From: Rhizophagus irregularis
Taxonomy: Eukaryota
Length of the DNA: 64,000 nt
Assembly (NCBI RefSeq): GCF_026210795.1
Contig: NC_089430.1
Span: 558,001 to 622,000 of the forward strand
Direction of reading: 5' to 3'
Shown here: piece by piece, positions 1 through 12,200 of the stretch
Position numbering within the stretch: position 1 is the stretch's first letter
How the letters are laid out: the number at the start of each line of letters is the position of its first letter
Notes under the pieces: model-generated
Seen by the model: the letters and a program-made list of their open reading frames with translations, nothing else
What the model was told of the DNA's origin: nothing
Databases searched by the model: none
Program-made: the position numbers and the translations under genes

Positions 1-987
1 TGCAAGGTAGATTCGGGCGGGTAAGTGTTTCTTTAGTGAAATATACTTCAAGAAACGCATAACTAACGTTTCTTTCTATTATTTTTGTAGGTTCGGCTTT
101 TATGAAGTGGATATTTGGGCGGGTAAGTGCTTCTTTAGTGAATTAGACTTCAAGAAACGTTTAACTCACGTATCTTTCTGTTATTTTTGTAGGGTTTGGC
201 ATCCTGGAATAGTATTTCATTATGGCAAGTAATTACCTTGGGAAAAGTTTCGCCATCCAACTTTAGAAACATGCTACGGTCCTCTTTTTAATTTATGTAG
301 GTTTCGGCTTCTATGGAAGGGAATTTTGAGAAGTACTCTCTTTGAAATGGATTTGAAATAAACTTCAAGAAACGCATATCTAACGTTTCTTTTTTTTGAT
401 TTTTCTTTTCTGACTATTCTAGGATATGTTAAGTATATACATCATAAGAATTATGATATTACTAATAGTTGTTTGTTGGAATTGAACCAACTGGAACAAT
501 GTTCCAAACCATTAACAACAAGTAAAAATATTGAATAGTATAGGAATTTAGATAGAATTATGTAATATGATGTAATGTATGCATAGTTCCTTATATGTAC
601 TAAATAAATAATAACCTTATAATAAAATAAAGGCTTAAATGATTATCTGGTTGCTACCCGATTCTTTCACTAAATATAGTTTACTGATGTTGTCCTACAA
701 GATTATGCGCCCAATCGGAAATATATAACAGAATCAATAAAGAATCGGAAAATAATCAGGATTCCGATCTTTTACTAATGTCATTATTCGCGAAACCTAC
801 AAATCAAAAAAAAGAAACGTTAGTTATGCATTTCTTGAAGTATATTTCACTAAAGAAACACTTACCCGTCTGAATATCCACTTCATAAAAGCCGAACCTA
901 CAAAAATAATAGAAAGAAACGTTAGTTATGCGTTTCTTGAAGTATATTTCACTAAAGAAACACTTACCCGCCCGAATCTACCTTGCA
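1..987. repeat. Inverted duplication of a micro-exon/intron array (1-~190 vs ~800-987)
   Basis: Bases 1-~120 are nearly the exact reverse complement of ~868-987. The units read GTAAGT...ACTAAC...TAG (70-nt introns at 21-90 and 123-192) around a 32-nt exon. Confidence 0.8.
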
Positions 988-1669
988 AAATACCAAAGTC
1001 CGAAATATGTGAGCCTGTCCTAAAATAAAGGAAGGAAAAGGAACGTTAGTACTTAGTAGGGTTATTACATCACAAAAAATGAAAAAAAAATCACAAAAAA
1101 CTTACCGAATCATGACTTCAAAGTCCAAAGCTAAAATCTTTTCATGAACCTGTCCTAAAAAAGAGAAAGGAAAAGGAACGCTTGTAGCGTTCCCAGATTA
1201 CAAAAGTAACAAAAAGTAACAAAAAAACCAACAAGTACTTACAAGTACGAAGCCTCAAATCCCCATTATTCCACTCGTGTTCCCAAAAATAAACAAAGAA
1301 ACATTTCTTCAGGAAGCCAGATCTAGGAAAAAAAAATTTTTTAAAATCGCGCGTCACGTTTTGCGCCGCAGATCATGGCGCAAATTTTCCACCAATAAAA
1401 TTTGGTGGCGTGACCCCTGCGACACATCGCGGGTGCGATAAAAAACAAAACCCTAATTTTAATTATAATAATTGTTCATTAATAATATTGGCAAAATATA
1501 AATAGTATAAATATAAATATAAATTAATGACACAATATTAAATAAATATTTAATAATTTGTATCATACAATATCTAACGCTAATAATAGAAAATGTAATT
1601 ATTAGACAGATTCATTAAAAAAAAGTACAAATAACAAAATAAATAAACTCACAATTATACACTGACACT

Positions 1670-3272
1670 CCCTATAAAAAAATTGGATACGTTTTTTATA
1701 AAGTTTTTATACGATTTTTTTCCTTAGAAATAACGTATCATAATAGGATACGGAAAATGCACAATTCCGTATCACTAAAAATATGGTTTGGATACGGAAT
1801 TTGCACGGAATTCATATAGAATTTACATGATTTGGTCACTGATTTTATCACGAAATTTATACGATTTGGTCACTGAATTTACTATTTGTATTACAGTTTA
1901 CCATAATTATATTTACATTAATCTAATTTTACTTTATTAAATTAAAAAATAAACAAAATACAAATACATTATGAAAATTCCCTCCTTAATCCTTATTAAA
2001 CCCACCCATTGCAACCAAAATTATCTATAAGTTCAGGTTCATTTGGAGTCAAACAACCTAAAAAAAATAAAAAAAAGAAACAATAAGAACGTCTAACTTA
2101 ATTGGAAACAAACCCCCCCCCCCCTTCATATAGTACCTGCAATCGTCCAAGTCACCAAAGGTCAGCATTCCTACAAAAAAAGAAAGAGAACTCCAGAATG
2201 TCTGACCTACATAAATGAAAAGAATTATGAAGCATCTGATGAAAAAGAAACCAAAACAACAAAATAAATCCAAAACTGACCTACAAAAAAAGAAGACTCT
2301 GAAGCAACAAAACTGAAACAACCTACAAAAAGAAAAGAATCTGAACCCAACTTACAAAAAAAAAAAGAAAATTTGAACTGATCTAAAAAAAGAAAAAACC
2401 CCTGAACAATCCTACAAAAAGGAAAGGACTCCCAAACTGATCTACAAAAAGAAAAAAGAAACTGAATCTTCTCACAAAAAAAAATCTGCTGGCCTATGAA
2501 ATAAAAAAAGGGACAAATATAAAGGGGAATAAAGAATAAATCAAAAAAAATATTTTTTTAAAAAGAGAGTAACGAAGTTAGGAAAGTTCAAAAAAATTTT
2601 TTTTTTAAAGGGAGGACGTCAAAGTTAGAAAAATAAAAAATTTTTTATAAAGAGGAAATAGAAATAGAAAGAAGAATTTTTTTTTAAAAAAAAGAAGAGT
2701 GGGAATAAAAGAATAAAATCAAAAAAAATTTTTTTTTTAAAGGAGAGTGATGAAAAAAAAATTTTTAAAGTGAGGTACGAAAAAAAAAAATTTTTTTTTA
2801 AAAGGGGGGTGACGAAAAAAGAAGAAAAATTTAGAAAAAATAACAAAAATAAGACAAGAAAAAAGAGAAGGAAGGGAAAGACAGAAAGGAAGATCGGAAG
2901 ATCAAACTCATCAAAGTAAGGGTTTATATAAAAACAAAAACGTATCATAACAGATAACAAAACAATAAACAATCACGTGATCTCGTGTTATGATACGAAA
3001 ATTATTTTCTAAAAATATTAAGTTTAAAAATTCTCTATGTAATTAGTTATCCAGCTTCACATAAAATAAATAAATAAATAAATAAATAAAGTTTAAAAAT
3101 TCCGTATACATTCCGTATGACCGTATACATTTCGTATACATTAGTTTTTTTAAAAAATGTTCAAAAATGAATTGCTTATTAAATATACGGGAATTTGTAT
3201 ACGGAATCTATAAAAACGTACATAAAAATGTATACAAAACGTATCCTTTCCGTATACATATTTCTTATAGGG
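1670..3272. mobile_element. Non-autonomous CCCTATA-terminated DNA transposon (CMC/CACTA-like), 3-bp TSD ACT
   Basis: CCCTATAA at 1670 and TTATAGGG ending at 3272, with ACT on both flanks. Subterminal CGTAT/ATACG motifs are present. A homologous inverted copy lies at 43727-45246. Confidence 0.85.
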
Positions 3273-5944
3273 ACTCATTGCCACTTTTATTTGATCTCAT
3301 AATAATTATTTTTTCGTCACTATTTATTAAAAAATATAAAATATTGTTATTGTTATTTATATAATAAAACTTACTCTAATATGTCAAATGTTTAGAGAAT
3401 TACGCAATAAAATCCACTTTGTCGTTTCTAAATAGGTTAAAGAGCAACTTTCATTACGGAAACTTTACTGGGATACCTGTTATTCTTAAGTATGCTTTTT
3501 TGTGATTTTAAAATTTTGTAAATTATTTACTGTATATCAGATACACTTACTTATAATTAAAATATATTTTACTTGTGCCTTTTTTTATATAATTTTTATT
3601 TTTACCTTTACCTGGCCCACGGTCTTGATACCTTAAATAGAGATATTTTTTCATTGTAAATGTTTTAGATTAAGATTAATTGTGAAAATTTATTTTATTC
3701 TATAAAGAAATTCTAGGTAAAATGATGATTTATAGTTAGTCGATCATACCATAGCCTAATTATTTTGCTCATATCTGGCATGTTACGATTGTTACGTTAC
3801 ATGAAATCCATCTAATTAAAGGTATTGTAAATCACGTGATAATTTCTTATTGATCAACATGGCAAATCGGAATACAAATTTTCAGTACAATATAGACTTT
3901 GTAATACTAACGTAAGGGGGTAAAAATTTATATGTTTAGAAAGCCACGAACTTGAGCAACACTTTGCAACTTTAAAAAATTTTGTTGCATAAAAAACTTT
4001 TTGAAAAAACGTCGTATGAAGTTGCGAATGGGAATCTTTTTTTGCGAATGGGCAAATAAGGTTTTTATTGGTTTCCTATTTACTGGTGTCGACTCAACAA
4101 AAGAACTTGGTAACGCTTATAATACGTTTATAATATAATATAATTTAAATACTGAATAAATACTTTTTTAAAAGTGTTTATTGTTTTAACTTATTAGAAA
4201 TACTTTTGTAAACCATTTCTTTACACTGTAGTTAGTTCTATATTTATTTTAAAATACCAAAGAACTATTTATTTAGTAAAATTAGCGTTAACTATTGAAA
4301 TTTATTACTTTTTACGCGTCTAACGAATAAGAACATAAATTTTGTATTCTATGGTTAAATTAATAACAGTAATAATAGCTAATATTTCTATTATGATATG
4401 TAGATTGCTTATGCCACCGCCTGCACGGAAAGTATTGGCATACATATACTGTACTTCGCACGTACATCCTTCCACCTTTGCTTCTAAAGAATAAAGCAAA
4501 CCCATCGTAATATCCGTGTAGATGATAATATGTTTATCATTTTAATATCTACAAATTAAATATAGTTCATTAGCATCAAATAAATAATTTCAAATAACTG
4601 TTAGCCACCATCATGTTCCTCACCTGTATATATTTATAAACCATGTTATTTTGAATTGATTCTATATTTCATTCTTTAAAAATTCAATTAGAACCATTTT
4701 TAAATATATTTCATTAAATGTTATGTCATTATTTACCTTATTTTTGTGAAAAAATTTCGTATTTTACGTTATATCTCATCTGATTTCGCTCCCTTTCCCT
4801 TTTTCAACTAAAAAATTTAACTCTGAATCAGTAATATTATTCCTTATCCCATTTAGTTAAAAAATTTTATTGATTTCACTTTCACGCGTATTTTATTGTT
4901 AAATTTAGTCTAGTTTCACACTCTCCCCTCTTTCATTAAAAAAAATTAAATTAGAATCATTTAATTTTATTCCCTACCTCATTTCTATAAACATTCCATT
5001 ATTACTTTCTAGTTTCCACTTATTTTTACTAAATTTAGTTTCCTTTAATAATACTTCTTTGACTTGCTTAAACTTTATTTAAGGTTAGTTTGTTTTGGCT
5101 ATTGGTCTTGGAAAGAACGTGTAGGGAATTGTTTAGCAGGAAGTATATAATCAAGTAATTTATTACAGCCATACAATTAACAAAATAACATCTTATTTAT
5201 TGAAATAATATCGTCATTAGATACTGAAAGAACAATACTACGAATATTTTTTATTTTTTTTTAATAACTTGAGTTTTGAAAAATTTTTTTAATAATTTTG
5301 ATATCAGTTACGTGTCATATTACTATACTGTATGTCAGCAAAAGAAAAACCCGCTTTAATACGTACCGAGTTTCTGGAACCTCATGTGATCAACAAAATT
5401 ATTTACCACTGCGCACTTATGAAAAATGATCGGCATACACACTACCTTTAAACTTGACGAAATGTGCTCATCCCCTACGGGACCCACGACTTTTTTGTTA
5501 TATTGTTACTACGTTTTTATTCTTACATCATCGAAATTTCCAAATATCTTTATAAATATCTAAATGTAAATTATAGACAAAATTACATAATAAAGATTTC
5601 ACTTTCTTTGTGAGCTAATTGTCGCAACTAGTTCACTTAGGAACGTCGTGACAAATAGAGATCAGACCACTCAAAACAAGCGAACACACCTTTCCGAGAA
5701 CACTTAACGCCATGATCTTTTATATTCACTGTAGCTACTTTTAATAAAAATAAAATAAATAAATATTTTATTCAATCTAATAAATCCCGTGTGGAATGTG
5801 GATACGTGCATCAACTGCATCATGTAAAAGTGCATAAAAATAAAATCAAAATTTCATTAATTTTATTTATAAACCTTTATTATTTTTATTTTCATATCAA
5901 TTTATCAACATTTCTGATTTTATTTAAAAAAAAAAGAATTGTCA

Positions 5945-6340
5945 AATCTGAAAAAATTCTGAGAAAAATTCAAAAAAAAAGTTGATAAATCTAAGAAAAA
6001 TTGAAAAAATAAAAAAACAAATTGATAAATCTGAGAAAATTGATAAGTCTGAGAAATTGAAAAATAAAAAAAATTGATAAATCTGAGAAAATTGAAAATA
6101 AAAAAAAATTGATAAATCTGAGAAAAATTGAAAAATAAAAAAAAATCGATAAATCTGAGAAAATTGAAAATAAAAAAAAAATCGATAAATCTGAGAAAAA
6201 TTGAAAAATAAAAAAAAAATTGATAAATCTGAGAAAAAAGTGAAAAATGATAAATCTGAGAAAAATTGAAAAATAAAAATGATAAATCTGAGAAAAACTG
6301 AAAAAAATAAAGAGAAAAATTGAAAGAATAAAAAAATTGG
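5945..6340 (+). repeat. ~30-bp minisatellite (GATAAATCTGAGAAAAATTGAAAAATAAAAAAA)
   Basis: About a dozen imperfect tandem copies; these account for the F/S-rich spurious ORFs on the minus strand. Confidence 0.9.
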
Positions 6341-7119
6341 CATAATCAAAGTAAAAGCCAAAAGGCATAATCATGTAAAACTAAAAATTGTGCATAATCA
6401 AACATAATCGTGTAAAACAAAAAGTTGGCAAAATATAAATCATAGTATTCTACTAAGACCATTCATGTGCATTATTAACAAAACCTGAAAAAAGAAGATT
6501 CTTCCGTTCGTAGTACAACGAAACGCTGCGCCACAAATTTTTGGAAGTCTTTTATTTGTTCGGGTTTTAAATTCATGTAATTCGAAAATTTCAAGTTGGA
6601 ACTTTAATATAGCTAATATAGCTGATTATTGGACGGATTATTGGACATTTTGCGGTGCCTAGCATCTTGAATTTAATTGAAACGTTGTTAAATTTCGTAA
6701 GATTTGTTAATTTTGTAGGATTTGTTATTGATATTTATTGATATTAGGCTTGAATTTATATCAATACTTTATGTTTTCATTGTACTCGATTTGTTAAATT
6801 TTGTCATACATGCTTCAATGGTTTCATGCAGGCGCATGACATTTCAACAAAGAATTCGATTATAGAATTCTCTAAATGATTTCTTTCAAATACGGATTCT
6901 AGAATTTTTTAACTTCTAAGAAAAATAACAAAGTTAACCTTTTATATAATGATTGATAAAATGGTAATACAATTTTTTTCTAATTATGTTAAATTAGAAA
7001 ATATTTTATTTAATTATTTATTTATCACCGTAAATGATGAACTTTATTTTAAAAGCAAGTTTTATTTGTACAAGATATATTGTTTGATTTTTTTTCTTTT
7101 TTAAGTGTTTATTTTTTGA

Positions 7120-7260
7120 TTGTGTTGTCAAATGACACTGAAATGACATTGAAATGACATCAAATGATATTAAATGACATCGATTTACTATGAAAAAGTA
7201 TGAGAAATGATAAATGTCATTTGAAAAATGGGCAAATTACGTGGCAATTTAACAACACTG
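7120..7260. mobile_element. Degraded CAGTGTT/AAATGAC-type MITE
   Basis: TGTGTTGTCAAATGAC...TTTAACAACACTG with internal AAATGAC repeats, resembling 17395-17537. Confidence 0.55.
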
Positions 7261-8795
7261 CTTTAAATCATTACGAATTTACGATATTTCACATCATGAA
7301 GTTTATGGAATTAAATGAAATATAGACAGCAATAAGTTTAGGGTCACAATTTTAACGCTTGAAGTTCTGAACTTTTTTCCAAAGAGAATTAAAGTTTTTA
7401 TCCGTGAATTAAAAATTTTATCATGCGATTTGTGATTTATTACCATCATTGTAAAGATCTCACAAAAAAAATAATTAATAAAGAGCAAAAAATTTGAAAT
7501 ACATGGAATTTCGTTCAACTTTTTTCTAAAAGTTCGATATTTATGCTTACGCATAATTCAGTGATATAAATTTGTCATAACGTGACGCTGCAACGTAAAC
7601 GGAGCGATAATAGGTTTCGACGCTCCGAACAATTGAAAAGTATATCGAAACTTTAATTCGAGTGTGATTTTATTTTTTTTTTTCTTCCTTATAATGTAAT
7701 GATAAATTAATGAATATAAGGTGTAACCAATACGATAAAATTTTACATATAAATCAAATCGTTTACGAATTTTTCTTTGATAATTATAAAAATTGTGTTG
7801 CAAAGAAATCGTTGTTAACAAAAAAAAATGGAAGTTTTTTAATACCATCAAGAATTTTCTCTATTTAAAATTCTGAACAGCTCCACAGTCCACACTACAT
7901 ACCGAAGTTGGTGTAATAGTAAATAACAGAATTCCAGACCTTCTTAATAGAAGGCAAAAAAAAAAATTTTATTTTTTTGCAGAATTCTATAGAATCATTC
8001 TACGTTGATCTTAACCAAGTAAAGTTATTTCGGGGGCGTATAAGTTTTGTTTATCTGTTTCTTTCAACTTTTTCCTTTTTGAATGATTCTCTGAATTTTG
8101 TGGTTTGAGCTACGGTTCCTAAATTGGTGTAACACAATACAAGAATCATATTAGTAATCCAGGTACATATATAACATATGTGATCACGTGACAAAATTTA
8201 AAACATAATTGGTAAAATATTTCTGGTGAAAAATTAAACGTATTTCGTAAAAATATCGTCGTCGTAAATTTAAAACGTAACTCATAAAAATATCTCTGAC
8301 CGTAAATTTAAATCGAACTTAAAAAAAAAATACCACATTTTTTTACCCCCAGAATTCACGCACCAGATTAGGGATGTCTTCCTCCAGTCGGTCAGCAGGT
8401 CCCCCGTAGCCTCAGTATCTGGTATCGTTCCCACTTGACTAAGTATTGACGAGACTTTTCCGTTCGTAATACAACGATATTAAAGTATACCGCTGCGCCA
8501 CAAATTTTTGGAAGTGTCTATCCATTGAAAAGAAAAGCCAAAAGGTAAAGATAACATAGACTATGAATTCAATAAAGGGATTAACAACTCACCTATTTAG
8601 ATTTATGTTACATAGCACTCGATTTACATACAATTTTATCATACATGATTGCATGCTTCATTCGTTTCAGACGTTTCATGCAGACGCACGACATTTCAAC
8701 AAAGAGTTCGGCTATAGAATTCCTTGATTTCTAATTCAGATTCTAGAATTTTTGACATTTTCTTCAAGAAAATGTAACGTAGATAGCCTTTTATA

Positions 8796-8951
8796 TCTAC
8801 TATATAATAATTGTTTTTGTGTGTAACCGTAACGTTAAGACTAAATATTTTTGTATTGTGCTACCTGTGTTACCTGTTAGTATGTTACATAGCGCGGGCT
8901 TAGCTACGTCACGCTTTTTTTTACATGTAACGATTGCGGGCTAACGGCTAG
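8796..8951 (+). mobile_element. Short non-autonomous Helitron-like element
   Basis: A|TCTACTATAT start and CTAG|T end. A decayed subterminal hairpin (TGTAA-CGA-TTGCG) is visible. The element is absent at the equivalent position of the paralogous segment near 6945. Confidence 0.6.
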
Positions 8952-9275
8952 TCTTAATTAATAATACAATTTTAGTTTTTGGAAAATAATAATATCTAGG
9001 ATATGTTCTTTATACGTCATGCGATTAGTTGATCAAATCTGTGTAAAGAACTTAATAATAATGCAACATACGACTTTCAATTTTCGCTTTCGGCACTTAC
9101 AACGCATCAAAGTTGGAAGGGAAAAATTTGTTGTTGTTGCATTTGATGTTCGTGCGTACATATTACATAATTACATTATAAAAACACTTAATTTGACCGG
9201 TCGGGAATAATTTTTCCGAATTCCGAAACCAAAATACGATATAAATATAGCATCCTTTTTTTTTTAATTCTCAAG

Positions 9276-12200
9276 ATGGAGCCTGCAAATAAAAATAGCA
9301 ATAATTATTTTGGCCCAACTCCAAAATTAAAATCTAGCCCTAAACCAATTTTATTTATTTCATTTAACAATGAAAAAAACAAATGTAATTGTGGACATAA
9401 GTATTCTCTTACGCTTATATATAAACAAAAATATTGTAATAAATGTTTATTAACGTATATTAAAGACACAACAAAAAATAATGATAATAGTATATACTTG
9501 GATGTGCACCTGTTCGCGAATTTTGATAAATGTAATCATAAACATATAGCAACTAGTCCAAAAATTCAAGAGTGGTGTGAAGGTTGCTTTGAGATTTCCC
9601 ATTTTAATAATTATCATGATCATCTTAATACTTCAAAACAATATAAAGTAACAGTAAAAGATTGTAACCTATGTGGAAAATTGGTTTATCATCAGACTTC
9701 TTCCGAGTTAAGAATGTGTTCGGATTGTTACTTAATTTCTTCTGGGTGGATAGAATCAACTTTTACTAATAAGTCTATTCCAATTCTTTACTTACCATGG
9801 TGGGACGCTTCCAGTAAAAGTAGAATTTGTAATCATAACCTAAAATTTGTTAATGATTGTCAAAAATGGTGTTCAGATTGCTTCATAGTTTATATTGGAT
9901 GTAGATATTGTTTGACAACAAATATTATTTTTGGAATTACAGAACAAACTCAATGTAAAAAGTGTAAAAGAGTATCAAAAATAGATATTGACGTTAAAAA
10001 TATTAGCAGTGGAAATCACAATATAGATGAATTTATTGTCTCAACTAGAACCAATATTGATAATCATGAAAAGATCGCTAATTATATGAATAATATGAAT
10101 AAAAGTTCCGATCCTTTGAATGTATATAGTTTTATTGAACGAGATCTTAAAAATGTTAATTCAAAACGAACAATGGAATGGATTCCATATTCTCAAATTA
10201 AAAGTTTAGAAAAAATAGCAGAAGGGGGATTTGGTATTATTTATAAAGCAACTTGGTTTAAAACTCATGTTGCCGTAAAAAAATTTTTAACATCGCGTAA
10301 TATAAGTAATTTTTTAAATGAGGTAATGATTATTTATAATATTTATGTAATTACATTTTAATTATTAAATCGAATCTATTATTCTAGGTGAAATCACTCC
10401 ACCGATGTTGTGATACGGTTTTCATTGTTAAATATTATGGTATTACACAAGATCCTGTAGAAAAAGATTATATGTTAATAATGGAATATGCGAGTGGTGG
10501 AAATTTACATAATTATTTAAAAGAAAAGTTTACAAATATTAAGTGGATCACAAAATTAGCTATTTTGTGTCAAATTTCAGATGGGTATTTATTTTTTTAT
10601 TGCTATTACTATTTTTATATGAAATGATATTAATCTATTTGTATTTTTTATTCTAGACTTAAGACTATTCATCATGAAAATTTTATACATCGAGATATTC
10701 ATAGTGGAAATATATTATCATTAAAAAATGATCACAAAAAGTGGGTAATTGGTGATCTAGGATTATCTCAACCAGCAGATAATTCATCGAATAATGAAAT
10801 ATATGGAGTAATACCTTATGTCGCACCAGAAATATTTCAAGGTGGTGTATTTTCGAAAGAGTCTGACATATATAGTCTAGGTATCGTTATGTGGGAATTA
10901 GCAACAGGTTGTAAACCATTTTCTAAAGTTGAACATAATACTGCACTTATTTTGCGAATTATTGATGGAAAAAGGCCTATAGTTACAAATGATACTCCCG
11001 AGTGTTATTCTAATTTAATGAAAAGATGTTGGACTTCTGATCCTTTAAAAAGACCATCCATAACAAAAATTAAAGATATCGTTTATGATTGGTACAAAAA
11101 AAGTGGTGGAATATTTTATGAGGCTGAAAAAAAACGACTAGAATTAATACAATCAAAACAACTTGAACCCGAAAAATCGCATCCTGGCGCTATTTATACT
11201 AGTAGACCTTTAAATTCTTATATCTCTCAATCTTCATCTGTAAATTCAACAATTTCAGAGCAAGGTATGTGTTATATAATTTGTTAAAGAAAAGTTGTTA
11301 TTATATATAAACAAATTAAGCTGATTTTCTAATTTTGAATAATTTTATTTTTATGGAATTTACTTCGGAATATAAATTTGATATAGACAATACTCGAAGG
11401 TAATAATTTATAATTTCGAAAATTTATATTCTTGAATTTAATTATTAATTTATTTATTTTTATAGTAAACTTATTTCTAAATCTTTGAAATCCTCTTTGC
11501 TTAAAGTTAAAGGTACTTATTATTGTTTAAAAAAATTCTTATTAAATATTAAGTTTCTTTCTATTTCTTAGGTAATATCTCAAACGATTTAGATTTTGAT
11601 ATAGACATGGACGATACTCGAAGGTAATAATTTATAATTTCGAAAATTCATATTCTTGAATTTAATTATTAATTCATTATTTTTATAGTAAACTTATTTC
11701 TCTGTCTTTGAAATCTTCTTCGCTTAAAGGTATTTATTGTATGATTTAAAAAAATTCTTATTAAATATTAAGTTTCTTTCTATTTCTTAGATTATATTTC
11801 AAACGATTTAGATTTTGATATAGACATGAAAGACAATATTCAAAGGTAATGATACATGATTTTGGAAAATTTAGATTATTGAATTGAATTATTAATTTAT
11901 TTTATTTTTATAGTAAACTTATTTCTAAATCCTTGAGATCCTCTTCGCTTAAAGGTATTTATTATATTGCTTAAAAATTTTTACTAAATATTAAATTTCT
12001 TTCTATTCTTAGGATATGTTTCAAATGATTTAGATTTTGATATAGATATAAATATTCAAAGGTTAATATAATATCAAGATCAAATATTATATATTTTTAG
12101 TATTGAATCATTTATTAATAATAACAACATATTATTGATATTTTAGACCATCTTCCATAATTAAGAATGTTTCACATTTAGATGCAATTTATACTAGTAG

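Noticed and set aside
4320..4660. Small minus-strand ORF in a GC-richer patch
   Set aside because: No recognisable motif in any frame; I cannot support a gene call.
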